From an uncultured Clostridium sp. (GTDB lineage Bacteria > Bacillota > Clostridia > TANB77 > CAG-508): a stretch of DNA of 64,000 nt. This document shows, piece after piece, positions 20,617-34,526 of the stretch (positions within the stretch are counted from its first letter, which is position 1; each line of letters starts with the position of its first letter). The stretch is from the NCBI GenBank assembly GCA_947648215.1, contig CANSMW010000007.1, forward strand, positions 7,082 to 71,081. Direction: 5' to 3'. The position numbers and the translations under genes are program-made. The notes beneath the pieces were generated by a model, which made no database searches, had not been told where the DNA came from, and saw only the letters and a program-made list of their open reading frames with translations.

Positions 20617-22402
20617 CTATTTCATTTTGGCTATTTTTATAATAAGATTACTTAATCTTGTTTCTAAATTACTTGCTTCTTCTTTACTAATCTCTGGATT
20701 TTCTAATTGTTTCACAATTTCATTTCTCTCGTTTAGTAGTTTTTCTTTCTCATATCCATTTAAAATATCTTCTACCGCTTTTTTAGTGTTTGAAATCTGA
20801 TCATCTTCTGCTAATATACTAGTAATGTGGCTCATTAGCTCCTCTTCTGGAAATAAATTTAGCACATTACTATTACTATTTCCCTTTTCAAAGTGTTCAT
20901 ACAATCTTTTTGCAATTTGAAAGTTATTTTCTGTTTTAAAATCCTCTGGTGCGATTTTTTCTTTAATTTGTGAATAGGCATCAATTTCTTGGTTTAGTAA
21001 TAACGAAATTAGCACATTTTCCCTCTTGTTTCCTATTTCTTTTTGTTCTTTCTTCGTTTTTTCCTTTAACATAGACTTCATTGGCTTTTGAATCATTTTA
21101 ATTCCTTGATGTTCCTTATATGCCCTTTTGTTTGCTTCTGCATAGATAGACTCTTTAGATATGCCATATTCCTTGGCAATTCGGTCAATATAAATTTCCC
21201 TTTCAATGCTATTGTCTACTTTTGAAAGAATTTTTACAATTTCATTTAAAAACTTTATTTTATCACTTGCTGTTTGGATATTCATCGATTGTTTTAAGTT
21301 TTTTACTTTAAATTCTACTAAAGAAATTGCATTTTCTACACACTTTTCAAAACGGCCACTACCATATTTTATCACATATTCATCTGGGTCTTTGGCATCT
21401 CCATCTAATTGTAAAATACGAATATCGCAACCTAAATTTTGTAAAATTTCCATTCCTCTCATGGTTGCTGCTTGTCCTGCCCCATCGGAATCGTACCCAA
21501 TAATGACTTGGCTTGCATATTTTCGAAGAAGTCTTCCTTGTGCTTCTGTTAAAGCAGTTCCCAATGATGCTACCACATTGGTAATTCCTCTTTGATAAAG
21601 TGAAATGGCATCCATATAGCCTTCCACCATAATGATTTTATCTTTGCCACTTTTTTTAGCAATGTTTAGTCCAAATAAGTTTCTTCCTTTACTATACACA
21701 ATATTTTCTGGTGAATTGATGTACTTGGGTTTACTATCATCTAGTACTCTACCACCAAAAGCAATGACTCTGTCTTGTACATCTTTTATCGGAAACATAA
21801 GCCTACTACGAAATTTATCGTAGAAATTTCCTTTGTCCGATTTTCCAATTAAGCTAGAAGCTAACATTTCGTCCTCGGAAAATCCCTCTTGTTTTAACTT
21901 TTGATATAGTTCATCATAATTTAAGGAAAAACCAATTTGAAACATTTGTAAAGTATTGTTATCTAGCTTTCTTTTTTTTACATACTCTTGTGCCGATTTG
22001 GCTACTGGTTTATATAGGTTTTCATGGAAAAAACCGTGCTGCTATTTTATTAATTTGATACACTCTTTCTTTTCGTTTTATTTTTTCCATATCTTGCCCA
22101 TCGGTTAAGCTAGGTAGAGTTATTCCACTTTTTTCCGCCAAAGCTTCAATGGCTTGTTTAAAATCCAAATTTTCAATTTTACTAACAAAGTGAATGACAT
22201 CTCCGCCTACTCCACAACCAAAACAGTGAAAGATTTGCTTATCTGGCGACACAGAAAAAGAAGGGGATTTCTCGCGATGGAATGGACATAGTCCAAAAAA
22301 ATTTCTACCACTTCTTTTTAACACTACATATTGTGATATCACGTCTACGATATCATTACTGCTTCTTATTTCATCTACCAATTCATCACTATATCGTGCC
22401 AT
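20617..22402 (-). pseudogene. dnaG: DNA primase DnaG, split by a frameshift near 21945-22022.
   Basis: A 126-aa ORF carries the zinc-binding domain (CPFHREKSPSFSV...HCFGCG). A 442-aa ORF carries the TOPRIM domain (IIMVEGYMDAISLYQRGITNVVASLGTALT). The break is at an A6 run. Confidence 0.8.
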
Positions 22403-22597
22403 TAAAACCTCTAACCTTTCTTTTCTATTATATATTATTCGACGAATATGTCGTAATTCCCTCTTACTTCACATAAGATTTTTTGTCACATTTTGTCAAA
22501 AAAAGACTAAGTATGCTTTGGATGGCACCTAGTCTTTTTACAGTCTTGTTTTTTAATTACTTTTGACGTTATCTTGATACTATATAGGTTCAATTGC

Positions 22598-23173
22598 TTA
22601 TGTGTTTTCTGTTCCGTTTGCATTTTCCTCAAATGGAATAAATTTATTTACAATACTTTGTACTGGTTCTATATGGTCAATTTCGAATTCTTGGAAAGAA
22701 GCATTTATTTTGTTATCTATCATTCCTTCTACTTCTTCTATGGAAGAATTTTCTGCAAGCACTAATTCACTTACTAGAATTTGTTTGGCATTGGATAACA
22801 TTTTCTTTTCTCCGGTGGATAAACCTTTTTCTTTTTGTTTGAACGATAAATTACGAACCACATCAGCAATTTCATAAATATCTCCACTTTTCATTTTATC
22901 CATATTATCACGATATCGTTTATTCCAATTGCTTGACATTTCTGTTTTATCTTCTTCTAAAATTTCAAATACCTTATCTGCGGATTGTTTATCAATAATT
23001 TCCCTTACGCCAATTTCTTCTGCTTTGTTTGTTGGTACCATTACCTTTACCTCTCCTGGCATTTTTAGTATATAATAGGCCTGTTTTTCACCTAAAATAT
23101 CCTTTTCTTCAATTGAATCAATTATTCCTGCCCCATGCATTGGGTAAACAATATGGTCTCCTACATTAAACAT
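22598..23173 (-). CDS. CarD/CdnL-family transcriptional regulator (RNAP-binding).
   Basis: N-terminal MFNVGDHIVYPMHGAGIIDSIEEKDILGEKQAYYIL matches the CarD_CdnL_TRCF domain. Confidence 0.75.
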   Translation of the reverse strand: MFNVGDHIVYPMHGAGIIDSIEEKDILGEKQAYYILKMPGEVKVMVPTNKAEEIGVREIIDKQSADKVFEILEEDKTEMSSNWNKRYRDNMDKMKSGDIYEIADVVRNLSFKQKEKGLSTGEKKMLSNAKQILVSELVLAENSSIEEVEGMIDNKINASFQEFEIDHIEPVQSIVNKFIPFEENANGTENT

Positions 23174-23313
23174 AGCTTTTTATGCCACTCCTTCCTGAAT
23201 TTTGATAAATTTTTCTCTTCTTCTAACATATCTATTATACTACAAAAATTACCAAAAGTCAAAAGATTTTTGGTAATTTTTTCTTGTCTTTTTGTACGTA
23301 TTTTCCTTTTTTT

Positions 23314-23778
23314 CTAATTTCTACTAGTAGAGCCAAATCCTCCCATTCTTTCCCCTGTAGCTATATCATTATCTGTCACTAGATACTTTTGGAAAATTCC
23401 TTGCCCAATGGCATCTCCTTTTTTAATTTCAATATCCTCTTCTTTTATGTTATAAAAGGCAAACATGATGTGTCCATCATTATCTGGATTACCATAGTAG
23501 TCACTATCAATCACTCCAATGCTGTTTGCTAAAATTAATCCTTTTTTTCCGGGGTTGGAACTACGATTTGCTAAAATTAATACCTCATCACTTGGCATAT
23601 AAGCTTTAATTCCTGTTTTTACAAGAGTTGGTTTATCTCCTTTTTTAAAACTTGGTATAATGCAATCTTCTACTGCTTCAATATCATATCCTGCAGATGC
23701 TTTTGTTTTTCGAACTGGTAAACAAACTCCTGCATTTTCAAACCCCTTTGCTACTTCAAATCCACGTATTTTTTCCAT
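23314..23778 (-). CDS. dut: dUTP diphosphatase.
   Basis: Conserved motifs SAGYDI, NRSSNPGKKGL, IDSDYYG and the C-terminal GGFGSTS. Confidence 0.85.
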   Translation of the reverse strand: MEKIRGFEVAKGFENAGVCLPVRKTKASAGYDIEAVEDCIIPSFKKGDKPTLVKTGIKAYMPSDEVLILANRSSNPGKKGLILANSIGVIDSDYYGNPDNDGHIMFAFYNIKEEDIEIKKGDAIGQGIFQKYLVTDNDIATGERMGGFGSTSRN

Positions 23779-23829
23779 TTCTTTTCTCCTCTTTTCTAAA
23801 GTACTCTACTGTACTTTTTTCTTATTGTA

Positions 23830-24255
23830 TTATAACAGTTCCCCGTTGTCAATTATTTTTTCAAATTCACTCCTACAATTCCTCCGAACCATACCTGCTA
23901 AAATAGAAAATACAATCATTAATATGGCATATAAATTTACTCTAAATCCTGTTTGAATAAAGCTGGAAATAAGGTATAGAGTTATAATATAAATAAATCC
24001 TATCACCCCACCATTCATTAGTCCGTTTTTCTTTATTTTACTTGAACTTAGGCTACTTCCAATTAATATGCTAATAATCGTAATCATTAAAATAATTGGT
24101 GCTATTGTATTTTCACTGATATTGGTGTAGGTTAATATAACTGAAAATATAAATAATAATAGAAATGTAATAAAATAAGCAAGTGCAATCCCTTTTATCA
24201 TATGAAAAATGCTATTTTTGCTTTCCATTGTTGTAGTTTGTGCTAAGTTTTTCAT
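23830..24255 (-). CDS. Hypothetical small integral membrane protein (3-4 TM segments).
   Basis: Hydrophobic segments throughout. No recognisable catalytic motif. Confidence 0.4.
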   Translation of the reverse strand: MKNLAQTTTMESKNSIFHMIKGIALAYFITFLLLFIFSVILTYTNISENTIAPIILMITIISILIGSSLSSSKIKKNGLMNGGVIGFIYIITLYLISSFIQTGFRVNLYAILMIVFSILAGMVRRNCRSEFEKIIDNGELL

Positions 24256-24346
24256 AATCTCCCTCCTTGTCTAGTAATATATATGCCTATGCCTCAAAAT
24301 TAGAACAACGAAAAACTCCCCTGTAGGAGAGTTTTTCGTTTATTGA

Positions 24347-28153
<3,807 letters not shown>

Positions 28154-28164
28154 CTTTTCCTCCG

Positions 28165-29188
28165 TTATTTTATAAACATGGCATCTCCAAAACTAAAGAA
28201 ACGATACTTCTTCTTTACGGCCTCTTCGTAAGCTTTCATAATATAGTCTTTTCCGGCTAAAGCGGATACTAGCATAAGAAGAGTCGATTGTGGTAAGTGG
28301 AAATTGGTAATTAGTGCGTCTAAGCATTTAAACGAATACCCCGGGTAGATAAAAATATTGGTATCTCCTTCGGTTTCTTTTACTATTCCGTTTTCATCTG
28401 CCACAGTCTCTAGTACTCTACAAGAGGTCGTTCCTACTGCAATGATACGTCCACCATTTTTCTTTGCTTGGTTTATTTTTTCGGCATCTTCTTTTGTTAA
28501 ATAAAAATGTTCGGTGTGCATTTTATGTTCTTCTATGGTTTCTTCTTTTACTGGACGGAAGGTTCCAATTCCTACATGTAGTGTAACATTAGCAATTTGC
28601 ACTCCCTTTTTTTCTATCTTATTTAGTAATTCATCGGTAAAGTGTAAACCCGCTGTTGGAGCTGCTGCTGAACCTTCATATTTTGCATACACGGTTTGAT
28701 AGCGTTCTTTTTCTTGTAGGATTTCATGAATGTATGGTGGAAGTGGCATAAGTCCTATTTTATCCAAAATTTCTTGGAAAATTCCGTTATAGTGAAATTG
28801 TACTTTTCTGGTCCCGCCCTTCCATGGTTTCTAAAATCTCAGCTTGTAATAGCCCATCTCCAAAAATTACTTTTGCACCAGTATGTAGTTTGTTCCCTGG
28901 TCTTACAATACTTTCCCAAACATCGCCTTCGATACGGTTTAGTAATAAAAATTCTACCTTGGCTCCTGTTTCTTTTTTGCCATATAGCCTTGCTGGTATT
29001 ACTTTGGTATTATTTCGAACTAAGCAGTCTCCTGGTTTAAGATAATCCACAATGTCTTTAAAACTTCTGTGTTCGATTGTTTGATTTTTTTTATCTAATA
29101 CCATAAGCCTTGATAGATCTCTTTTTATGGTGGGTTGTTGTGCGATTAGTTCTTCTGGTAAATTGTAATTAAATTCTGAAACTTTCAT
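28165..29188 (-). pseudogene. queA: S-adenosylmethionine:tRNA ribosyltransferase-isomerase QueA, split by a frameshift near 28770-28800.
   Basis: The N-terminal ORF has [19 protein letters not shown]...RLMVLDK. The C-terminal ORF has …[10 protein letters not shown]…. The combined length of about 340 aa matches QueA. Confidence 0.8.
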
Positions 29189-29245
29189 GCCAGTGTTTTC
29201 CTTTCTCATTATTTTGTTCTTTTTTGTTATATTTTCAATAAACTT

Positions 29246-29285
29246 TTAAGAACCCCCAGTCACCTTAAATAAAGGGGCCTTTTTA
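29246..29285 (+). repeat. Short repeat element, family 1, copy C (shorter variant).
   Basis: TTAAGAACCCCCAGTCACCTTAAATAAAGGGGCCTTTTTAT shares both ends with copies A and B but lacks the inner GTCGAC palindrome. Confidence 0.6.
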
Positions 29286-29349
29286 TAGGGCTATGGCTTT
29301 GTAGTAGGAAGGTATATTTTGGTATTGCCCTCCTTTTTGTTTTTAATTG

Positions 29350-30735
29350 TTATGTTGCATTTGCTTCTTTTTTCTCTATGATAACGCTTGCGTTTTGAAA
29401 GGCTTTGCTTATGACTTGTCTTATTTTTTCAATTATATTACTTGGTTCTTTGAATTCTTCTATTTTATAAGAATAGTCAAAATCTTCTTCATGGTTTGGT
29501 TTCATGGTATATACTTTACTATCTAGTCCAGTATAGCCAGATGTTGTTTTAATGTTATTATTCATATAATCACGGTACCATTCTTTTAGTCCTTCTAAAC
29601 GTTCTTCTTTGTAACCATATTGGGCGTAATCGTGTAATTCTGGTCTTTGTAGTCCATTCTCTTTTGCAATTCTTTCTAAAGAATGTAGAAACTCATGGAT
29701 AAATACTTCTTCTGGGAAAGTGTTTACTCTGGTATCGTATTTATAGGTATAGTTTCTTTCTTCATTTGGTAAACGAATATTGGAAAATCCAATTCCTAAA
29801 TAATCCATTCCTCCAAGACCAATCCAGTCATAAACTGGAATATCTTTTTGATGTTCATTATCTCCTAAACGTAAACATACAAAAATGTGGTCATAGTTTT
29901 TTCCTTCCAAATATGGTGCAATCATTTTTTCTACATTTTCTGGTCCTGCAAAATAGCCATTTTGGTTATCATAGGAAAGTGTCGTAATTGGTTCCGAAAT
30001 CGTAATAAAGTCGTAATCTACCTTCATTTTTCCTCTTGACAATTCTTCACAAGAACTTTGAAAACGAGACATATTTTGCCTCATATCGGAAACGTCGGTA
30101 CTGTTCATGGCAAGCTTAATTTCGCTTTTCGTGCCATTTTTATCAATGACCACATCGGTATTGGTAAATACAAAACAAGCAAAATTCCAATTGGTATCTT
30201 GTGGTTGATAACCAGATTCAATGGTAAAATCGGAAAACCATGCAGTTCCTGTACAGTCATCATCATATCCACCTAAACGAAACCCTACCTTTACACTTGT
30301 TCTATTTTTGGAATTAAAAATAAATTCTAACTTCTGCCAATCATTGGTACCTGTGATACTTTTGGATTTTTCTACCGTATCGGCAATACAAATATGTGCT
30401 CCCCCAATGGAGGCTTCTTTTTTCGTTTTTACTTTATCTGTTTTTACCATACAAGTTACTTTATAAGGCGTATTTGGTGTTACTGTAATTTCCTTATAAA
30501 ACATCGCATCATTTTCAATTTCTGATCTAATACGGTAACTATCGTATTTCGAATATTTTACCTCTTTATCTCGTTTAAATTCCGAAGTATATAACTGATA
30601 CTCACTTCTTACAAACTCATTAAAATTCTTTTCTTCAAATCTTTGGTACAAACTAACTGCTACAAATATTAAAATAACAACAAATGCGATATATAATATT
30701 CTACTTTTGGTATTCTTATTATCTTTCGTTTCCAT
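29350..30735 (-). CDS. Putative secreted/membrane-anchored zinc metallopeptidase (HExxH) with an N-terminal beta-sandwich-like domain.
   Basis: N-terminal TM/signal anchor (ILYIAFVVILIFVAVSLY). HEFLH motif within VFIHEFLHSLERIAKENG. The probable start is at the internal METKDNK. Confidence 0.5.
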   Translation of the reverse strand: METKDNKNTKSRILYIAFVVILIFVAVSLYQRFEEKNFNEFVRSEYQLYTSEFKRDKEVKYSKYDSYRIRSEIENDAMFYKEITVTPNTPYKVTCMVKTDKVKTKKEASIGGAHICIADTVEKSKSITGTNDWQKLEFIFNSKNRTSVKVGFRLGGYDDDCTGTAWFSDFTIESGYQPQDTNWNFACFVFTNTDVVIDKNGTKSEIKLAMNSTDVSDMRQNMSRFQSSCEELSRGKMKVDYDFITISEPITTLSYDNQNGYFAGPENVEKMIAPYLEGKNYDHIFVCLRLGDNEHQKDIPVYDWIGLGGMDYLGIGFSNIRLPNEERNYTYKYDTRVNTFPEEVFIHEFLHSLERIAKENGLQRPELHDYAQYGYKEERLEGLKEWYRDYMNNNIKTTSGYTGLDSKVYTMKPNHEEDFDYSYKIEEFKEPSNIIEKIRQVISKAFQNASVIIEKKEANAT

Positions 30736-30797
30736 ATTTCCTCGTATAATTAAAACATACAAAATATCTTAATTATACTCTCCTCTCTTTAAAAATT

Positions 30798-30895
30798 TTG
30801 TATAATATGTTTGCACTGTGGATTTGTTCCTATTTTTCTACAGCTTTGACTGTTTTTGGAGGCTCAAACCACAGATTTTTTATTTTAATTGTTGA
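30798..30895 (+). promoter_or_regulatory. Extended -10 promoter (TTGTATAAT) followed by a hairpin and T-run. It may be a small transcript or the left subterminal structure of the IS110 element.
   Basis: TGTATAAT at about 30800. Inverted repeat CTGTGGATTTG...CAAACCACAG followed by ATTTTTTATTTT. Confidence 0.3.
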
Positions 30896-32230
30896 TTAGT
30901 TAGTTAACACTTTGATGTTTTATTATAATCGCGAGGATACAAGGTAGAAAGTTTTGTGGCAAACAAACAGTGCTAAAAATCTAACCAAGGAGGTGCATGT
31001 ATATGATATATGTTGGAATAGATATATCTAAATACAAACACGATTGTTTCATCTGCAATAACTTAGGTGAAATTATCGTAGAAAACTTATCTTTTGAAAA
31101 TACTAAAAAAGGATTTCGACAATTTCTTGATTTGTTGAAACCCTATGATAACTCTAATGTCCATATCGGTTTAGAAGCTACTGGACATTATGGTTTGAAT
31201 CTGAAATTGTTTTTAGAAAAAAACAATTATACTTTTATGGAATTTAATCCTCTTTTAGTTAAAGAATTTTCTAAATCTTTATCTTTAAGAAAGACTAAAA
31301 CTGATAAGGCTGATGCAATGACCATTGCTCAAAAACTTTTATCTGTTCCATATGAGCCAAATTCAAAACTATTTTATCATAAATATTCAATGAAATCACT
31401 ATCTAGATTAAGAGAAACTTTAGTTAAGCAAAGAAGTAAGTATATGGTTCAAATGACTAATATTCTTGATATTATTTTTCCAGAATTTAAACCTTTCTTT
31501 AGCAATAGATTTTCAGCTACATCTTTGTATATCCTTGAAAAATATAAATCAGCAGATAAAATTGCTAATATGAAAGACTTTGCTTATTTAAAATCATTAT
31601 CTCGTAGTCATTTTACTTATTCAAAATTCATTAAATTAAAAGACTTAGCTAAAAACACCATTGGTGAATCTAATGAAATATTTGAATTGCAATTACAAAT
31701 TCTTCTTAATCTGTATAAAGAAATTGATACTAAAATTGATTCAATAGATAATCAAATTTCTACAATTGTCAAAGAGCTTAATCCACCAACTCTTTCTATT
31801 CCAGGAATTGGTGTAAATTCTTGTGCTACAATCATTTCTGAGTTTGGAGACATTTCTAAATTTCCTAATCCTAGTAAAATGATTTCTTTTGCTGGATTAG
31901 AACCAGGTATTATTGAGTCTGGTACTATGTCTTCAAAAGGAAAAATGGTTAAGCGAGGTTCTGGCTATTTACGCTACGCTTTAATGAATGTTACTATGGT
32001 TGTAATTGCAAATAACCATGTTTTCTATGATTTTTACTTTAAAAAACGTTCTAAAGGTAAATGTCATAGAGTAGCTTTGTCTCATGTTTTCAAAAAACTT
32101 ATTAGAGTTATTTACATACTTGAAACAAAGAATATACTATTTGATCCGTCTTTATTAAGATAATTTATATTTCTTATCTTAAGCCTTAAAAAATCAATTT
32201 TGTTAAGGCTTATTTGGCATAGGATTTTTC
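30850..32230 (+). mobile_element. IS110-family insertion sequence. The boundaries are approximate and no terminal inverted repeats are expected.
   Basis: Contains a complete IS110-type transposase gene. The flanking subterminal hairpins are at about 30812-30890 and about 32185-32215 (AAGCCTTAA...TTAAGGCTT). Confidence 0.4.
30997..32163 (+). CDS. IS110-family transposase (DEDD N-terminal domain plus a C-terminal transposase_20 domain).
   Basis: MIYVGIDISKYKHD N-terminus and …PGIGVNSCATIISEFGDISKFPNPSKMISFAGLEPGIIESG… C-terminal signature. AAGGAGG ribosome-binding site. Confidence 0.85.
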   Translation: MYMIYVGIDISKYKHDCFICNNLGEIIVENLSFENTKKGFRQFLDLLKPYDNSNVHIGLEATGHYGLNLKLFLEKNNYTFMEFNPLLVKEFSKSLSLRKTKTDKADAMTIAQKLLSVPYEPNSKLFYHKYSMKSLSRLRETLVKQRSKYMVQMTNILDIIFPEFKPFFSNRFSATSLYILEKYKSADKIANMKDFAYLKSLSRSHFTYSKFIKLKDLAKNTIGESNEIFELQLQILLNLYKEIDTKIDSIDNQISTIVKELNPPTLSIPGIGVNSCATIISEFGDISKFPNPSKMISFAGLEPGIIESGTMSSKGKMVKRGSGYLRYALMNVTMVVIANNHVFYDFYFKKRSKGKCHRVALSHVFKKLIRVIYILETKNILFDPSLLR

Positions 32231-32299
32231 CAATAATTTAACTTTTTTAATTTTTTCTTAAAAAACTATTGACTTTTAATAGTTAGCCTCCAAATAAAA

Positions 32300-32335
32300 A
32301 ATCTAGTACCATTATACTAGATTTTTTCTAATTAC
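32300..32335. terminator. Hairpin terminator downstream of the GH3 gene.
   Basis: AAAATCTAGTA-CCATTA-TACTAGATTTT perfect 11-bp inverted repeat flanked by A and T runs. Confidence 0.55.
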
Positions 32336-32344
32336 ACAATGCTT

Positions 32345-33559
32345 TTACATTAACTTACTATTATATTTCCAAGCAAGAACTCGTTTTACTGCTATATTTA
32401 TCGTTTCCTCTTTTATTATTTCGTTTTCTACCTTGCTCTTTACATATTCCAAAATATCTTGATATGTGATTAGCTTATTGGTCGTTTTATTTTTTGTGGT
32501 ATTATCAATAGATAAAATCATCATATCATTTCCTGCAAGTATTGCTTTTGCAACTGCTTCTTCTAAACTATATTTTTCTTTAATTGCTCCCATTTTCATA
32601 TCATCAGTTATAATAATCCCACTATAGTTTAATTCTTCTCTTAGCAATTTATGAATTGCTAATGAAATAGAAGCTGGCACATTTTCATCAATGCTTGTTA
32701 CCACATTATGGCTTACCATAACCACTTCTGCCCCTTCTTCAATTCCTGCTCGAAATGGCTCTAGGTCATTTTCACAAATTTCCTCATAAGTTCTGGTATC
32801 TACAGAATTTCCTACATGAGTATCTTTATTGTTTCCATAGCCTGGAAAATGTTTTAAGGTATATGATACTTTCGTTTTTTTACTTTCACGAATGACCGTT
32901 TTTGCATATTCAGAAGTTAACTCTTTTCCTTCCCCGAAGGCTCTTTTGTACATATAATCATTGGGAGATGTAGCAATATCAACTACTGGTGCAAAGTTTA
33001 GATTGATTCCTAAATTTTCTAGCACTTTACTTTTTCGAATCGTATCTTGCTTAATTTCCTCAAAACCGCCTTTTTTATACAATTCCCTTGATGATAAGCA
33101 CGGCTCTTTTACAAGATTTGGATTAGCACTTACTCTTACTACACTCCCTCCTTCTTCATCTACTGCAATAAGAAGTGGAATCTTCGCTGTTTTTTGGAGA
33201 TTTGCAATTTCTGTTTTTACTTGTTGTTCTGTTTTGTTTTCAAAAAAACTTTTAAAAAGTACATATCCACCAAATGCATATTTTTGAGACGTATCTACAC
33301 TGCTACTAGCTGAAATGTCTACTATCAATAGTTGTGCTATTTTTTCTTCTAGTGTTAAAGTTTGTAATTTTTCATTTGCTTTTTGGTAATATGCTTCAAA
33401 AATTTCAGTTGTCTCTTCTTGTATTTGATTTTCACTTGGTATATTTTCTTCTTTCCTAGGATTTTTTAATTGTTTTTCTATTCCTAACTCTTTTACGAAT
33501 AACATAATACCTATTAAGACAATTCCAATTGTCATCCCTATGATATAAAATTTTTTCAT
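32345..33559 (-). CDS. Glycoside hydrolase family 3 beta-N-acetylhexosaminidase (NagZ-like), membrane-anchored.
   Basis: KHFPGYG catalytic-region motif. N-terminal TM (MKKFYIIGMTIGIVLIGIMLFV). The probable start is at the internal MKKF. Confidence 0.75.
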   Translation of the reverse strand: MKKFYIIGMTIGIVLIGIMLFVKELGIEKQLKNPRKEENIPSENQIQEETTEIFEAYYQKANEKLQTLTLEEKIAQLLIVDISASSSVDTSQKYAFGGYVLFKSFFENKTEQQVKTEIANLQKTAKIPLLIAVDEEGGSVVRVSANPNLVKEPCLSSRELYKKGGFEEIKQDTIRKSKVLENLGINLNFAPVVDIATSPNDYMYKRAFGEGKELTSEYAKTVIRESKKTKVSYTLKHFPGYGNNKDTHVGNSVDTRTYEEICENDLEPFRAGIEEGAEVVMVSHNVVTSIDENVPASISLAIHKLLREELNYSGIIITDDMKMGAIKEKYSLEEAVAKAILAGNDMMILSIDNTTKNKTTNKLITYQDILEYVKSKVENEIIKEETINIAVKRVLAWKYNSKLM

Positions 33560-33700
33560 TTTGATATCTCCTTGTATAATAAGAACCTGACCCACCGCAC
33601 AGGCATAACCTGTGGGGGAAATACTTAAGAAATCTTGCCCGTTACACAATAAGAAAATTGGAGTTTGTTTATTTACTCCAATTTTCTTATCATTTCTATT

Positions 33701-34351
33701 TTACATTTCATATGCTTCGACTATTTGTTCCATTTGCTCATAAACTAAATTCGTCCATTTTTTAATTTTAGGGCAGAAACCTTTTCGTACATCTTCTAGT
33801 GTTTTTCCCCTATAATAAGTTGCCCCTTCGGTTAGGTACTTATTATGTAATAATTTAGCTGCTGCTTCTAATCCCTCTTCTTCCGAAGCATAACGAATTA
33901 GCTTTCCTTTTGACATCATACTAATATAATTACATTTTTCTCTATGTCTACTACTAATACTCCAACCAGATTCTGCTGCAATTAATCCACAAAAGAATAT
34001 TTCATTTAACTCATATTTTTCACATACTTCATATATGGTATCACTATTTTCATAAAAGAAGCCCGTTTTATCACGTGTTAAGTTCTTAATCAGTTTCTTA
34101 AATTCTTCCTTTGTTAATCCACATCTTAGACTTAAATCCATATCTTTTGCTATTTCTAACTTCTTTTTCGTTCTATTAATTGACGACCTTGCTGTGGTTT
34201 CAACTACTCTTTCATAAATCTCCATAACAGGTTCTTGTGTTTCTACCTCTTTATGAAAAAGGACTCCTCCCATGCTACTTGTAAAAAGTATTGCGACTGT
34301 ACTAATCATTGTAATACTTCCTACCATAATAGCACCTTTACTTTGTTTCAT
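33701..34351 (-). CDS. Glucosaminidase-domain (mannosyl-glycoprotein endo-beta-N-acetylglucosaminidase-like) protein with an N-terminal TM.
   Basis: FFCGLIAAESGWS resembles the ESGWG motif of the glucosaminidase/FlgJ domain. N-terminal membrane anchor. Confidence 0.5.
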   Translation of the reverse strand: MKQSKGAIMVGSITMISTVAILFTSSMGGVLFHKEVETQEPVMEIYERVVETTARSSINRTKKKLEIAKDMDLSLRCGLTKEEFKKLIKNLTRDKTGFFYENSDTIYEVCEKYELNEIFFCGLIAAESGWSISSRHREKCNYISMMSKGKLIRYASEEEGLEAAAKLLHNKYLTEGATYYRGKTLEDVRKGFCPKIKKWTNLVYEQMEQIVEAYEM

Positions 34352-34463
34352 GCCTATAACATCCCTTCTTGTCTTTACCAAGACTTTTTCATTGTACCAC
34401 ATATTTTCGCTTTCGTCAAATTTGACACGATGTAACCTATTTATGCCTATTTTCCACTCCTTG

Positions 34464-34498
34464 ACTTTTCCTTATTTTTCCTGTATGATATACTAATA
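34464..34498 (+). promoter_or_regulatory. Sigma-A promoter for clpE (TTGACT, 17-nt spacer, TATGAT), preceded by the palindrome GTCAAATTTGAC.
   Basis: Seen directly upstream of the clpE ribosome-binding site. The palindrome at about 34418-34430 is a possible operator, although CtsR normally binds a direct heptad repeat, so the assignment is uncertain. Confidence 0.4.
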
Positions 34499-34526
34499 GA
34501 AAAAAGAAAGTTAGGAGTTTTAATAA

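Noticed and set aside
20058-20800. Three long overlapping plus-strand ORFs (181-194 aa, Phe/Leu-rich) in the track.
   Set aside because: They are antisense to the Lys/Glu-rich N-terminus of rpoD. AAR/GAR codons read as YTT/YTC on the opposite strand, giving stop-free Leu/Phe frames. There is no ribosome-binding site. The same artefact explains 50948..51679, 52044..52417, 42106..42404, 529..1071, 603..1019 and 60524..60811.
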